Positions 39,097-48,647 of a stretch of DNA of 64,000 bases are shown here, piece by piece. Within the stretch, counting starts at the first letter, position 1; each line of letters begins with the position of its first letter. The notes beneath the pieces were generated by a model, which saw nothing but the letters and a program-made list of their open reading frames with translations, searched no databases and was not told the DNA's origin. Position numbers and translations under genes: made by a program. Source of the stretch: Nitrospirota bacterium (GTDB lineage: Bacteria > Nitrospirota > UBA9217); contig JBJKRX010000018.1 in the NCBI GenBank assembly GCA_046704425.1, positions 20,385 to 84,384 of the forward strand, read 5' to 3'.

Positions 39097-40269
39097 TCAA
39101 TGCTTGATCTCGATACCCGCGGTCCGCTCGCGGACTGAGATCGCGATCTTATACAGCATAGACAGCACCAAGAGACCAATGGCCCAGATGCCTATTGTAA
39201 TCATCGTCTCGGGTCCGGTCGGCCAGTAGGTATGCACGTCGCCGAAGGGGTTCGGAACAAACCCGCCGACGATCAGGCCGAAGCCCTTGTCGATCCAGAG
39301 CGAGATGAACAGCATGACACAAGTCAGGGCGAGCAGGCCTTCGTTTCTGCGAATGCGCGGAACGACCAGCATCAGAAGCGAGACGACGGCAAAGATCGTC
39401 GACACCCACATAAGCGGAACGAGCTCCGCGTGTCCGGCCATTCCTTTATAGAGATAGATAAAGCTGGCCCGGTGCTCCGGGATACCGCTGTAGAAGGCTG
39501 TAAAGAACTCGAGACCCAGGAAGAAGACGTTGGCGAACATGGCGTAACCCACGATCTTGCCCACGGCCTGGATCGGTTCCCGGCCCGGATCGAACTTCGA
39601 GACCTTCCGAACGATCAACGCCAGGATAATAAGCAGTGCCGGCCCGGCCGCGAACGCCGAGGCGAGGAACCGCGCCGCCATAATGGCACTAAGCCAGTAG
39701 TCACGCCCCGGCAGACCCGAGTAGAGGAACGCCGTGACCGTGTGGATGCTGACCGCCCAGGGGATCGAGAGGTAGATGAAGAACTTAATCCACTTCGGCG
39801 GCGGCGCCCCCTTCCGGTCGGCGCTCAGGGTGATCCAGCCGACCAAGGCGTTGATCGCCAGATAGCCGGACAGCACGAGAAAGTCCCAGAACATAACCGA
39901 GTTCGGCGTGGGATGAAGCATGATGTTCATGAACCGCATGGGCTGGCCCATATCGGCCATGATGAAGAGCATGCACATAAGCACCGCTGAGATCGCAAGG
40001 AACTCCCCAAGGATCACGATCTTGGTAAACTTCTTGAAATCGTGCAAATAATAGGGGATAACCAGCATCACGGCCGATGCGGCGACTCCGACGAGGAATG
40101 TGAACTGTCCGATGTACAGGCCCCATGACACGTCGCGGTGCATGCCGGTCATTCCCAGACCGAAGGCGAACTGCTTGAGATACCAATAGAATCCGATGCT
40201 CGCCACGACGACGAGGAAGATGATCCACGTCCAGTATTTCTTCCCGCCTTCAAATGCTTTCTCAAGCAT
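39097..40269 (-). CDS. dsrP: DsrP, NrfD/PsrC-family integral membrane quinone-interacting subunit
   Basis: The 390-aa ORF is a polytopic membrane protein of the NrfD family. It is positioned after dsrO. Confidence 0.8.
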   Translation of the reverse strand: MLEKAFEGGKKYWTWIIFLVVVASIGFYWYLKQFAFGLGMTGMHRDVSWGLYIGQFTFLVGVAASAVMLVIPYYLHDFKKFTKIVILGEFLAISAVLMCMLFIMADMGQPMRFMNIMLHPTPNSVMFWDFLVLSGYLAINALVGWITLSADRKGAPPPKWIKFFIYLSIPWAVSIHTVTAFLYSGLPGRDYWLSAIMAARFLASAFAAGPALLIILALIVRKVSKFDPGREPIQAVGKIVGYAMFANVFFLGLEFFTAFYSGIPEHRASFIYLYKGMAGHAELVPLMWVSTIFAVVSLLMLVVPRIRRNEGLLALTCVMLFISLWIDKGFGLIVGGFVPNPFGDVHTYWPTGPETMITIGIWAIGLLVLSMLYKIAISVRERTAGIEIKH

Positions 40270-41092
40270 GTTCGGTCCCTCCTATCAGGTAATAAATGGC
40301 CGGCCCGGTACCCAACTCGGCTTTACGCCTGATAGTCAGGCGGTTCGTCACGAGTTGCCTGACCTCGGACTTCGGGTCGTCGATGTCCCCGAAGAACATG
40401 GCGCCGGTCGGTGCGGCCTCCACGCAGGCAGGCATCTTGCCCATCTCAAGCCGCTCGGAGCAGAAGATGCACTTCTCCACGACGCCCTTGGTCCGCGTGG
40501 GGTATGCATAGTTGATGTACTTGGGATCGAGCGCCTTGCGCGGGTCGGTCCAGTTGAAGCTACGCGCCCCGTAGGGGCAGGCGGCCATGCAAAACCGGCA
40601 ACCGATGCAGCGGTGCTCGTCCTGCATCGTGATACCGTTGGGCAGCTTGAACGTGGCCTGGGTTGGGCAAACCCGTACACACGGAGCATGGTCACAGTGG
40701 TTGCAAAGAACGAGGAACGGCATATTCTTCAGACGCTCCTCCATGAAAGCATTCTCGGAGCCAGGAAAGGTCTTCTCATAGGGCTCTTCCCAGATCCACT
40801 TGATCTGAAATTTCAGGTCCGGCGTGCCGTCAGGGTTCCGGAAGTCGGGAACGTTGTGGGTATGATGACAGGCGTCGATGACCTTCTGCATGTCCTCGAC
40901 GCTCTTGAACTTGCTCATGTCCACGACCATGGCCCACCGCTTCGCGTGCAGGGCGTCCGGACTTTCCTCGACCTGCGGCGACGTCAGCTCCTTCTGCCAG
41001 TACGTACGGGACGCCGAGGCGACGGAGGCGCCGAATCCCAGGATGGAGGAGATCCCGGCGATCTTCAGAAACTTTCTCCTGTCCATGCTCAT
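40262..41092 (-). CDS. dsrO: DsrO, periplasmic 4x[4Fe-4S] ferredoxin-like subunit with Tat signal
   Basis: The product begins MSMDRRKFLKIAGISSILGFGASVASA, a twin-arginine signal. It contains several CxxCxxCxxxCP clusters. Confidence 0.8.
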   Translation of the reverse strand: MSMDRRKFLKIAGISSILGFGASVASASRTYWQKELTSPQVEESPDALHAKRWAMVVDMSKFKSVEDMQKVIDACHHTHNVPDFRNPDGTPDLKFQIKWIWEEPYEKTFPGSENAFMEERLKNMPFLVLCNHCDHAPCVRVCPTQATFKLPNGITMQDEHRCIGCRFCMAACPYGARSFNWTDPRKALDPKYINYAYPTRTKGVVEKCIFCSERLEMGKMPACVEAAPTGAMFFGDIDDPKSEVRQLVTNRLTIRRKAELGTGPAIYYLIGGTEHA

Positions 41093-41520
41093 GATTTGTT
41101 CCCCTCCTTTTCCTGCGGCGACAGGTGGCAGTCGAAGCAGTACGGCTTGACCGCCAGGTAATTGTGGCACTCGTCGCAGAACTCTTTTTTGTTCGAGTGG
41201 CAGTTCAGGCAGCCATTCTGCAGGCTCATGTCGAACCGATAGCCGTTCGTGGCGCTGAGATACGACCGGTTCATGTTGCGAACCACGGAGTCACGCCAGT
41301 CGTTCAGGAGCTGCATGTGCTCCGCCCGCATGTACTCCTTGGACTCCACGCAGTCTTTCTTCCCGTTATGCAGCGCCGCCCACGACTGGATCGCCGGCGT
41401 GTCCAACTTCAGGTCGGGCTTGGCGTTCACGGTCCCGATGTCGTAGTAGAACGGGAACAGCGCAGCGGCCAAAAAGACCAGAAGCCCGAGGAATATCGGT
41501 CCTTTGTTATAGATCTTCAT
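41089..41520 (-). CDS. dsrJ: DsrJ, trihaem c-type cytochrome
   Basis: The product has a signal/TM segment and three CxxCH motifs (CLNCH, CDECH, CFDCH). Confidence 0.8.
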   Translation of the reverse strand: MKIYNKGPIFLGLLVFLAAALFPFYYDIGTVNAKPDLKLDTPAIQSWAALHNGKKDCVESKEYMRAEHMQLLNDWRDSVVRNMNRSYLSATNGYRFDMSLQNGCLNCHSNKKEFCDECHNYLAVKPYCFDCHLSPQEKEGNKS

Positions 41521-43142
41521 CAGGCTTTCTCCTCCTTCTGCTGTTCTTTTGTCGGGAGGGGCTCGCCGCGCAGGTCGGTCTCCCGCGGTTTCTCGCCCTT
41601 CATGACCAGCGCGTTGCCCACCAGCTCATGCAGGCCCGCGACGTTGACGCTCGGCACCCAGTAATCCATGAGCGGCTTCAGCGTGGCGCGGTCGATGGCG
41701 CAGATGTTCGCCAGCATGTTCACGCCGTAATGCTTCTGCACGAACTGCACGGCGTTCGCGCGGGGGAACCCGCCTTTCATCCGGAGATCCATATCTTCCG
41801 AGGCGTTGAGGCCCGAGCCGCTGCCGCAGCAGAAGGTCTTCTCGCGGATCGTGTCCTCCGGCATCTCGACGAAATTGTTCACCACATGATTGAGCACGTA
41901 GCGGGGTTCCTCAAAGAAACCCATGCCGCGTGCGGTGTTGCACGAGTCGTGCCACGTGACCGTGAGATGATCGTTCCGGCTCGGGTCGAGCGTGATCTTC
42001 TTGTTCTTGATGAGGTCGGCGGTAAACTCGGCGACATGGACGATCTTGAGAGACTTGGTGTTCTCAAAGACCGTCCCGGTGATCGGCGACTTGGGGACCT
42101 CCAGGAAGTCCGCCGGCCCGTTCCAGGTGTCCGTGTACTGGGTCAGAACGCGCCACATGTGGCCGCACTCGCCGCCCAGGATCCACTTGACGCCGAGCCG
42201 TTTCGCCTCGGCGTAGATCTTCGAATTGAGCCGCTTTGCCATCTCGTTCGTCGTGAAGAACCCGAAGTTGCCGCCCTCCGAGGCGTAGGTGCTCCACGTA
42301 TAGTCCAGGCCGAGCTCCTCGAAGAGCATGAGGTAACCCATGCAGGTGTACGTCCCCGGATCGGCGAAGAGGTCGCCCGAGGGGGTCACGAAGAGGATCT
42401 CCGCGCCCTTGCGATTAAAGGACGGCTTGATCCGCTTGCCGGTGATGGTCTCGATGTCGTCCAGCATGTACTCCATGTTGCCTACGATGGTGTGCGGCTC
42501 CAGTCCCAGGTGATTGCCCTTCATGTAGCAGTTGGACACCGGTCCCGCGATCCATTCGATGTTGAGACCGAGTTCGTTCAGGAGCTCGCGTCCCATGATC
42601 GTGATCTCAGCCTGGTCGATGCCGTAGGGGCAGAACACCGAACAGCGGCGGCATTCGGTGCACTGGTAGAAGTAGTACCACCACTCCTTGAGCACGTCGA
42701 TGGTCAGGTCGCGGGCGCCTGCCATCTTGCCCAGGATCTTGCCTGCGGTCGTAAACTCTTTGCGGTAGACGGACCGGATCAGCTCGGCCCGCAGGACCGG
42801 CATGTTCTTCGGGTCTCCGGTGCCGATGAAGAAATGGCACTTGTCGGCGCAGGCGCCGCAGCGCACGCAGATGTCCATGAACAGCCGGAACGACCGGTAT
42901 TTCTTGAGCCGTTCCGCGATCCCCTTGATGAGGATCTCCTTCCAGTTCTCCGGCAGTTTCCAGTCCTCGTCAGCGGGACGCCACTCCCGCGGGTTCGGGA
43001 AGCCAACGATCTCCAGGCTCTTGGGCTTCGAGCCGTGGCAGAACATGCCTTCCTTCAGCACGGCAGGCGTGTTCATCCATCCCGTCTTGGGCAGTCGGTA
43101 ATCGACTTTCGCCAATTCCTCTGGTTTCGGTAGTTTCGCCAT
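41520..43142 (-). CDS. dsrK: DsrK, HdrD-like catalytic subunit with CCG domains and Fe-S clusters
   Basis: The 540-aa product has CVRCGACADKCH and CTECRRCSVFCP ferredoxin-like clusters. It has two CCG-type cysteine-rich domains (CGHMW..., FCCGSGSG). Confidence 0.85.
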   Translation of the reverse strand: MAKLPKPEELAKVDYRLPKTGWMNTPAVLKEGMFCHGSKPKSLEIVGFPNPREWRPADEDWKLPENWKEILIKGIAERLKKYRSFRLFMDICVRCGACADKCHFFIGTGDPKNMPVLRAELIRSVYRKEFTTAGKILGKMAGARDLTIDVLKEWWYYFYQCTECRRCSVFCPYGIDQAEITIMGRELLNELGLNIEWIAGPVSNCYMKGNHLGLEPHTIVGNMEYMLDDIETITGKRIKPSFNRKGAEILFVTPSGDLFADPGTYTCMGYLMLFEELGLDYTWSTYASEGGNFGFFTTNEMAKRLNSKIYAEAKRLGVKWILGGECGHMWRVLTQYTDTWNGPADFLEVPKSPITGTVFENTKSLKIVHVAEFTADLIKNKKITLDPSRNDHLTVTWHDSCNTARGMGFFEEPRYVLNHVVNNFVEMPEDTIREKTFCCGSGSGLNASEDMDLRMKGGFPRANAVQFVQKHYGVNMLANICAIDRATLKPLMDYWVPSVNVAGLHELVGNALVMKGEKPRETDLRGEPLPTKEQQKEEKA

Positions 43143-43144
43143 GA

Positions 43145-44128
43145 TTACTCCTTTTCTACCGGCAGACCGGCATCTTTCATCTTGGCCCGGAAATCGTTTT
43201 CATACTCTTCGTAGGTGTGCAGGTGCACCGGATAGTTCCAGGGATTGATGTGCCGTTTCCAGCGATTGTTGTTCGCCATGTTGCGCGTCGGGCTGAAGAA
43301 TACGCCCCCCGAATGCACCAGCTTGCTAAAGGGGAAATAGGCGAAGAGGGTGCAGATCAGGAAGAGGTGGATGTAAAAGAGGGGGGTGATCCCCTGCGGA
43401 ACCGTCGGATGGAAGCTGATGAGCCCCATGGCCAGGATCTTGACGTTCACGAGGTCCGTGCGGAAGAAATACCGCATGAGCACGCCCGTACAACCGATGC
43501 CGAAGATGAGGAAGAGCGGGAAATAGTCGTTGATGAGCGAGATGTAGCGCACCTGCGGCAGGCTGACCCGACGGAGGAACAGGTAGAGGATCGCGGCCAG
43601 GAAAACGACGTCGGTCATGTACAACTGCGGCACGCCGATCTGGAGGAAACCGTCCAGGTAATCGGCGCGCTGCACGAGTGCCGGAATATGCTCGGTAAAG
43701 AACCGGAGATGCCTGAAGAAGATGATGAGGAAGGTCCAGTGGAATGCCATCCCCGCCGCCCACAGCCACTTTGCCTCGCCGTACACCAGCTGGGAATCTT
43801 CATCGCGAAGCTGGGTTTTCAGGTTGCGGAAGAGCGAACGGAAGAGCAGCACTTCGAGGGCCATCCTGCCGATCACGCCGAGCAGCCCCGCGGGGCTCTC
43901 CAGTCTGCTCCGCTTGATCCAGGGGAGGGATTTCTGCTGTCCGCAGGTGGTCGGGATCCGGAACGGCACAGGCGAGCTCCCCCACCGGAGGACGCGGAGG
44001 ATCATCCCGAAGAGGAACGTCACCCCGGCGATGTAGGGGATGATCACGCCGAAGAAGAACGATCCGGCGCCCACGTAGGCGATCAGCGCCAAGACGAGGA
44101 CTACGATGAACGAGAAAAGTGCTTTCAT
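43145..44128 (-). CDS. dsrM: DsrM, NarI-like membrane dihaem cytochrome b
   Basis: The start was set at MKALFSFIVVLVLAL. The product has multiple transmembrane helices with conserved His and is about 327 aa. Confidence 0.8.
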   Translation of the reverse strand: MKALFSFIVVLVLALIAYVGAGSFFFGVIIPYIAGVTFLFGMILRVLRWGSSPVPFRIPTTCGQQKSLPWIKRSRLESPAGLLGVIGRMALEVLLFRSLFRNLKTQLRDEDSQLVYGEAKWLWAAGMAFHWTFLIIFFRHLRFFTEHIPALVQRADYLDGFLQIGVPQLYMTDVVFLAAILYLFLRRVSLPQVRYISLINDYFPLFLIFGIGCTGVLMRYFFRTDLVNVKILAMGLISFHPTVPQGITPLFYIHLFLICTLFAYFPFSKLVHSGGVFFSPTRNMANNNRWKRHINPWNYPVHLHTYEEYENDFRAKMKDAGLPVEKE

Positions 44129-44184
44129 TTCGTTACCTCTTTTCGTTATAGGTTGGCGATGAGGCACGTTATGGAAAACTGCGC

Positions 44185-44700
44185 TTAGTCGGGCCGGTCG
44201 ACGATCAGGCGCGCCTGCTGCAGGAGCCGGTAGGTCTGGTTCCGCGCCTCGTTCGCCTTCAACTCGTAGATCTTTTCGCGACACTGCATGTAGAGGTCGA
44301 AGGCGAAGAGGCCGAGATCATCGACGGCGGACTCGAAAGCCGCCAGTTCCGCAGCGATCCCGGGCCGTGCCAGGTTGTCGCTGCCGAGTTCCCGCCGGAC
44401 GACCTGCTTGAGCTGGAAGACGAAGGCGACCGCCTCGGAGGGGGGGAAGTCCTGGACCGCGCGAATCCTGACGATGCCGTCAAGGAACCGGGAGACATCG
44501 CCGGCGAGCAGACCGGCGAGCAGCCCGTCGAACAACCCCTCCATCCCCTCGGATAGGGTGAACCCGACGGGGTTCGTAAACTGCGCTTTTTTCTTTTTCA
44601 GGAAGGCGGACGTGTCTGGTTGATAGGTTTCCGTGATGGCGTCGAACCAAGCCTTGAGGATCGCGGTCTTTTTTTCCGTCAGCAGCTGTTTGAGGTCCAT
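44185..44700 (-). CDS. Hypothetical protein, possibly RsbRD N-terminal-domain-like (candidate DsrT-like)
   Basis: The 171-aa helical product begins MDLKQLLTEKKTAILKAWFDAITETY.... It lies immediately upstream of dsrM. The family assignment is from memory only. Confidence 0.4.
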   Translation of the reverse strand: MDLKQLLTEKKTAILKAWFDAITETYQPDTSAFLKKKKAQFTNPVGFTLSEGMEGLFDGLLAGLLAGDVSRFLDGIVRIRAVQDFPPSEAVAFVFQLKQVVRRELGSDNLARPGIAAELAAFESAVDDLGLFAFDLYMQCREKIYELKANEARNQTYRLLQQARLIVDRPD

Positions 44701-44765
44701 GGCCCTCTCGGGGAGGTCGGCAACACGCTACAGCCCCCGCAGCACTTCACTGCGGGGGCCGGCGG

Positions 44766-45179
44766 CTAAAAGAACAATACGTGTTGGACCGACTCCATCT
44801 CTTTTTGAATATCGGCGAAGGAGACGAAGGTGGTCTTGATCTCCGCCCCCAGTTCCTCCGCATCGGTGATCATCTGGTCTTCCTTGAGGCCGAGGCGCTC
44901 CATATCCTCTTTGCAGACCCACACCGGCATGTCGATCAGGAGGCTGTTCTTGATGTGGCTTTCCGTGCTGGTGACGCCGTACATTTTCATCGCTTGCTGG
45001 TTCTTTACCGCGTTCAGCACGCCGTCCCCGACGAACACGACGGTCGGCACCACGGAATCGCCGTCATCCATGTAGATCTCAGCGGTCTGGCTGGCGATGG
45101 CATGGGTGAGCGCCAACCGGGGGTTCTCGCTCTTGTACGGCGGCCTCTGCACGAGAAACAACAATCTGACTGCTCCCAT
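44766..45179 (-). CDS. DsrE/TusD-like sulfurtransferase family protein
   Basis: The 137-aa product contains VVFVGDGVLNAV and a conserved Cys in PVWVCKEDMERLGL, analogous to TusD Cys78. Confidence 0.55.
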   Translation of the reverse strand: MGAVRLLFLVQRPPYKSENPRLALTHAIASQTAEIYMDDGDSVVPTVVFVGDGVLNAVKNQQAMKMYGVTSTESHIKNSLLIDMPVWVCKEDMERLGLKEDQMITDAEELGAEIKTTFVSFADIQKEMESVQHVLFF

Positions 45180-45539
45180 TTACTCACCTCCTATGTGCAG
45201 CAGGCGGTCGGTCTTGACCGTCTTTGCCAGGTACCAGTCCATACTGGCCCGCTTCATACCCTCCGGAGTGTCCTCCTTATGGTAGCCGCGGGCCTCGGCG
45301 CAGGCCTCGCAGACCGTGAGTTCCATGCCCTTGCCGATCAGTTCCATCATTTTCTTTTCACAGTGCGAATAGTCCTTGAACGTTTTCTGCCCCTTCTTGG
45401 CCATCATTACCGCATTACCGGAGAGCCACATATTCACCTTGTGCCCCTTGGCCATCGCGGCCTCGGCAAGCTTGAACGAAAAATCAAGCGACATCGAGCC
45501 GACCAGCGAGGAGAAAACCCCCATCGTCAATTCAGCCAT
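45180..45539 (-). CDS. DsrE/DsrF (TusC-like) family protein
   Basis: The 119-aa product contains MELTVCEACAEARGY. It abuts the preceding gene with no gap. Confidence 0.5.
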   Translation of the reverse strand: MAELTMGVFSSLVGSMSLDFSFKLAEAAMAKGHKVNMWLSGNAVMMAKKGQKTFKDYSHCEKKMMELIGKGMELTVCEACAEARGYHKEDTPEGMKRASMDWYLAKTVKTDRLLHIGGE

Positions 45540-45654
45540 GCTGTCCTCCTTTAAGAATCTGCGAAGATGCGGGGAGATGCGCCCGGATCGTCCGCTTGGG
45601 CACTCATGCCGGAGCGCCGCCCATCCGCAGCCGTTGTTCGCCGCGAGCGATGCG

Positions 45655-45954
45655 CTACAGCCAGGCGCTCTTCTCGTAGTCGTTCATGATGAGGTCGACG
45701 ATATCGCCGTACCCCACAACCTTTACCTTCGGATTCACGCTCGCGGCGGTAAGACCGCGCGTCTCGAGGTCGTCCAACAGTGCATAGAAGGTCGCCCCGG
45801 CCTTTCCCAGCACGGGCGAATCCTTCCCGTCTTCCTTGACGACAGCATGGTAGACGCCGTTTTCTACCAGAACGATCCCCAGTTTTTCTGCGCTGATCCG
45901 CTCGAGGGTTTCTTCCGTCCTTCGCCAATCGCTTATAAAGAGAGCCAACTTCAT
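45655..45954 (-). CDS. DsrH/TusB-like protein
   Basis: The 99-aa product is MKLALFISDWRR...GIVLVENGVYHAVV, which has TusB-like layout. Confidence 0.5.
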   Translation of the reverse strand: MKLALFISDWRRTEETLERISAEKLGIVLVENGVYHAVVKEDGKDSPVLGKAGATFYALLDDLETRGLTAASVNPKVKVVGYGDIVDLIMNDYEKSAWL

Positions 45955-45982
45955 CGATTCACCTCCCCTGTGCAGCAGTGGG

Positions 45983-46022
45983 ATAAAAAAACAGGGGATA
46001 ATGTGTTCTTCCTATTATCCCC
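45983..46022 (-). terminator. Rho-independent terminator after dsrC
   Basis: On the minus strand the hairpin is GGGGATAAT-aggaagaacac-ATTATCCCC, followed by TGTTTTTTTA. Confidence 0.6.
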
Positions 46023-46177
46023 TTCGTTGTTGATCGAAGCTTCGCCGGTGTATTAGGAGCGACATGCCGCAACGCCCGTTCACTGCGCGCACCCCGTCCG
46101 ATAACCGGAGGGATTACACCGGCAGCGCCGTGCCCCTGCCCGCGGCAACGCCGAACGGCTGAAAGCCGGTCTCGCGC

Positions 46178-46513
46178 CTACACGCAGCCGGTCGGCTTCG
46201 GCAGACCGGCGATCTTGCAGGCCTGTTTCGCCGGGCCGCCCGGGTACAGCTCGTACAGGTACTTCGTGTTGCCCTTTTCCGGTCCGAGCTTTTTGCCGAT
46301 CTCTTTCACCAGGATCTTGATCATCGGCGCGATCTGGTACTGTGCATAGTAATCGCGCAGGAAATTCACCACTTCCCAGTGCTGGTCGCTCATCTGGATG
46401 CCCTCGACCTCTGCGAAGTAATTTGCTACATCCATGCTCCAATCGTCGAGGTTTGCCAAGAACCCATCCTCATCCACTTCCAGCGTCTTGCCTTTTACCG
46501 AAATCGTTCCCAT
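46178..46513 (-). CDS. dsrC: DsrC (TusE/DsrC family) with conserved C-terminal CxxxxxxxxxxCV arm
   Basis: The product ends ...YPGGPAKQACKIAGLPKPTGCV*. The start was set at MGTISVKGKTLEVDEDGFL. Confidence 0.85.
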   Translation of the reverse strand: MGTISVKGKTLEVDEDGFLANLDDWSMDVANYFAEVEGIQMSDQHWEVVNFLRDYYAQYQIAPMIKILVKEIGKKLGPEKGNTKYLYELYPGGPAKQACKIAGLPKPTGCV

Positions 46514-46612
46514 TGCTGATCCCCTTTCTATCGTTGACAATATGGTCGGGCGCCTTTCTTCGGCAATCCCTCGCTTCGTTCCTTCTGCCTGTTGCGTCGG
46601 CGGTCCGGTCCG

Positions 46613-46978
46613 CTACGCTGCCTGCTGTTTCACCCGCACTATGTACAACCGCCCAAATCCGTCCCGGAACCCTTTGCTGATACCCGGTGAGCGGTGAGTC
46701 CGCCAATCATAGCTCAAGATCGCATCTTCGTAATCGTCGCCGGGCATAAGGTCCGACGGGCTCTTCCGCAGTCGTTCCGCGGCGATGCCCAGCGCCTGCA
46801 CCATCGCCTCGCCGGCATTCTTCCCGGTCTGATCGACGATGTAGATCGCCCCGCACCCTTTGCAGAAACCACCGAGCACCCGCTCGGCGTCACCTGCGTC
46901 TATGGATTCCGGCCGGTCGAGCGCCGCACCGCAGAACGGGCAGGTCGGGTCGATGCTTCCTCGCGGTCGGGATCGCAT
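46613..46978 (-). CDS. Hypothetical Zn-ribbon protein (121 aa) between dsrN and dsrC
   Basis: The product has CPFCG...CKGCG motifs. Its start is 7 nt after the dsrN stop, which suggests translational coupling. Its composition is non-artefactual (IYIVDQTGKNAGEAMVQALGIAAERL). Confidence 0.4.
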   Translation of the reverse strand: MRSRPRGSIDPTCPFCGAALDRPESIDAGDAERVLGGFCKGCGAIYIVDQTGKNAGEAMVQALGIAAERLRKSPSDLMPGDDYEDAILSYDWRTHRSPGISKGFRDGFGRLYIVRVKQQAA

Positions 46979-46985
46979 ATGCTGG

Positions 46986-48389
46986 TCACCTCGTTCTCTT
47001 CGCGTCCCGTACGCCTGCTTGCCGTTCTCTGGCCATCCGCACCATGGCAGGAGCCCATTGCGGCGTCGCCAGTGCGTGAATATGGGTGTACGCCGCTACA
47101 ACGTTGCGGGTGACGAGTCCGTCGCGTTTGCCGTCGATCCCCGAACCCCGCCGCACATCATACGCCATCATCGGGTGTCCGTCAACCCGATCAAGCCGCG
47201 AGTAATGAAACTCGTGCCCCCGAACCTCGGTCCCCGCATCCAGGAATCTTCCGGACGTCCCGGCCTCGAGCACCGCATAGCCGTGCGCCTGGGGCCTGCT
47301 TTCCAGGATAAAATCCGCCGGAAACACGCCGGTCATGGCATAGCTCCTACCGCTGACCGTGAGGCTGCGTCCGAGATAGAGCAGACCGCCGCATTCCGCG
47401 TAGATCGGCAGCCCGTCGTCCGCCGCTTCCCTGACCGATCGGCAGAAATCGCCGTTTGCCGCGAGTTCCGCGGCCTGGGTTTCCGGAAACCCGCCGCCGA
47501 TATACAGCGCCTCGAGATCCGCCGGAAGCGCCCGATCCTGCAGGGCATTGATCTCGCGAAGGATTGCACCATGCCGTTCGAGCGCTTCCAGGTTATCGGG
47601 ATAGTAGAACTGAAACGCCTTGTCCCGGACAACCCCGACGGTGACGGTCGGACCGCCCAGGCGGGAACGTGGCGCCCCGTCCCGCTCCGTCGCAAACGTC
47701 TCTGCCGTTCCGGCCGCGCTCCAAAGCGCGTCGAGATCGCAATGCCGCTCCACCAGCGCCCGCGCCGCGTCGATGGCACCGATTGCTTCGGGATGCTCAT
47801 GGAACGGCGTGAGCCCCATATGCCGTTCCGGAAAACCGCCCCGCTGGCGGGGGATCGCACCGAGCACCGGCAGGCCGCTGCTTTTCGCTACCGCCTTCCG
47901 GATGACGTCCTCGTGGCGCGCCGAGGCAAGGTTGTTCAGTATGACGCCGACGATCCTGCAGGACGGATCGTACCGCAGACAGCCGAGCACCACGGCCGCC
48001 ACGGTGCTGGTCGCCTTGGTGCAGTCGACGATCAGCGCCGTCGGGGTCCTGAGCAGGGCTGCCAGCCGGGCCGTACTGTACGTGCCGGATTCGTCGACGC
48101 CGTCGTAGAGCCCCCGGTTCCCTTCGATAACAGCCGCATCCGCATCGGCCGCGTGAAGCAGAAAGGAATCAACGATCCGTTCCTCCGCCATCATGAACGG
48201 ATCGAGATTGTAGCAGGGCCGGTCCGCTGCGACGCCGAGCCATCCGGCATCAATGAAGTCCGGCCCCTTCTTGAACACTGCAACGCTGCGTCCCTGCCGC
48301 CGCCAGGCGGCGACGATGCCGAGGGCGATGGTTGTTTTCCCGATCCCCCCCCGCGTCGCCGCGATGACGAGCCTCGGCAAATCCCGCAT
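46986..48389 (-). CDS. dsrN: DsrN, cobyrinic acid a,c-diamide synthase homologue (sirohaem amidase)
   Basis: The product has a CbiA/CobB N-terminal P-loop (IAATRGGIGKTTIALG) and a C-terminal glutamine amidotransferase-like domain. It sits immediately after dsrD. Confidence 0.75.
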   Translation of the reverse strand: MRDLPRLVIAATRGGIGKTTIALGIVAAWRRQGRSVAVFKKGPDFIDAGWLGVAADRPCYNLDPFMMAEERIVDSFLLHAADADAAVIEGNRGLYDGVDESGTYSTARLAALLRTPTALIVDCTKATSTVAAVVLGCLRYDPSCRIVGVILNNLASARHEDVIRKAVAKSSGLPVLGAIPRQRGGFPERHMGLTPFHEHPEAIGAIDAARALVERHCDLDALWSAAGTAETFATERDGAPRSRLGGPTVTVGVVRDKAFQFYYPDNLEALERHGAILREINALQDRALPADLEALYIGGGFPETQAAELAANGDFCRSVREAADDGLPIYAECGGLLYLGRSLTVSGRSYAMTGVFPADFILESRPQAHGYAVLEAGTSGRFLDAGTEVRGHEFHYSRLDRVDGHPMMAYDVRRGSGIDGKRDGLVTRNVVAAYTHIHALATPQWAPAMVRMARERQAGVRDAKRTR

Positions 48390-48625
48390 TACGACTGCGG
48401 ATTGGCAGAGCCTTCCACATGGGGAATTTCGATGAAGCTGCCGCCGAAGTACGAATAGACCAGCTTGCCGCCGTCAACCAGTTCGCGCAGCGCTTCTTTG
48501 AACTCCGCTTCGGTCGCGCCTTCCGCGACCATGGCCTTCTTCAGGTCGCCGGACTTCATCTTCTTCTTGCCCATGTTCTTTTCTACGAGGTCATAGATCT
48601 TTTTCTGCAATTCCTGGGCGTCCAT
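48389..48625 (-). CDS. dsrD: DsrD, small winged-helix protein of reductive-type dsr operons
   Basis: The 78-aa product is MDAQELQKKIYDLVEKNMGKKKMKSGDLKKAM...GKLVYSYFGGSFIEIP. It lies immediately downstream of dsrB. Confidence 0.75.
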   Translation of the reverse strand: MDAQELQKKIYDLVEKNMGKKKMKSGDLKKAMVAEGATEAEFKEALRELVDGGKLVYSYFGGSFIEIPHVEGSANPQS

Positions 48626-48647
48626 GTAATGTCCCCCTGGTCAGGTT

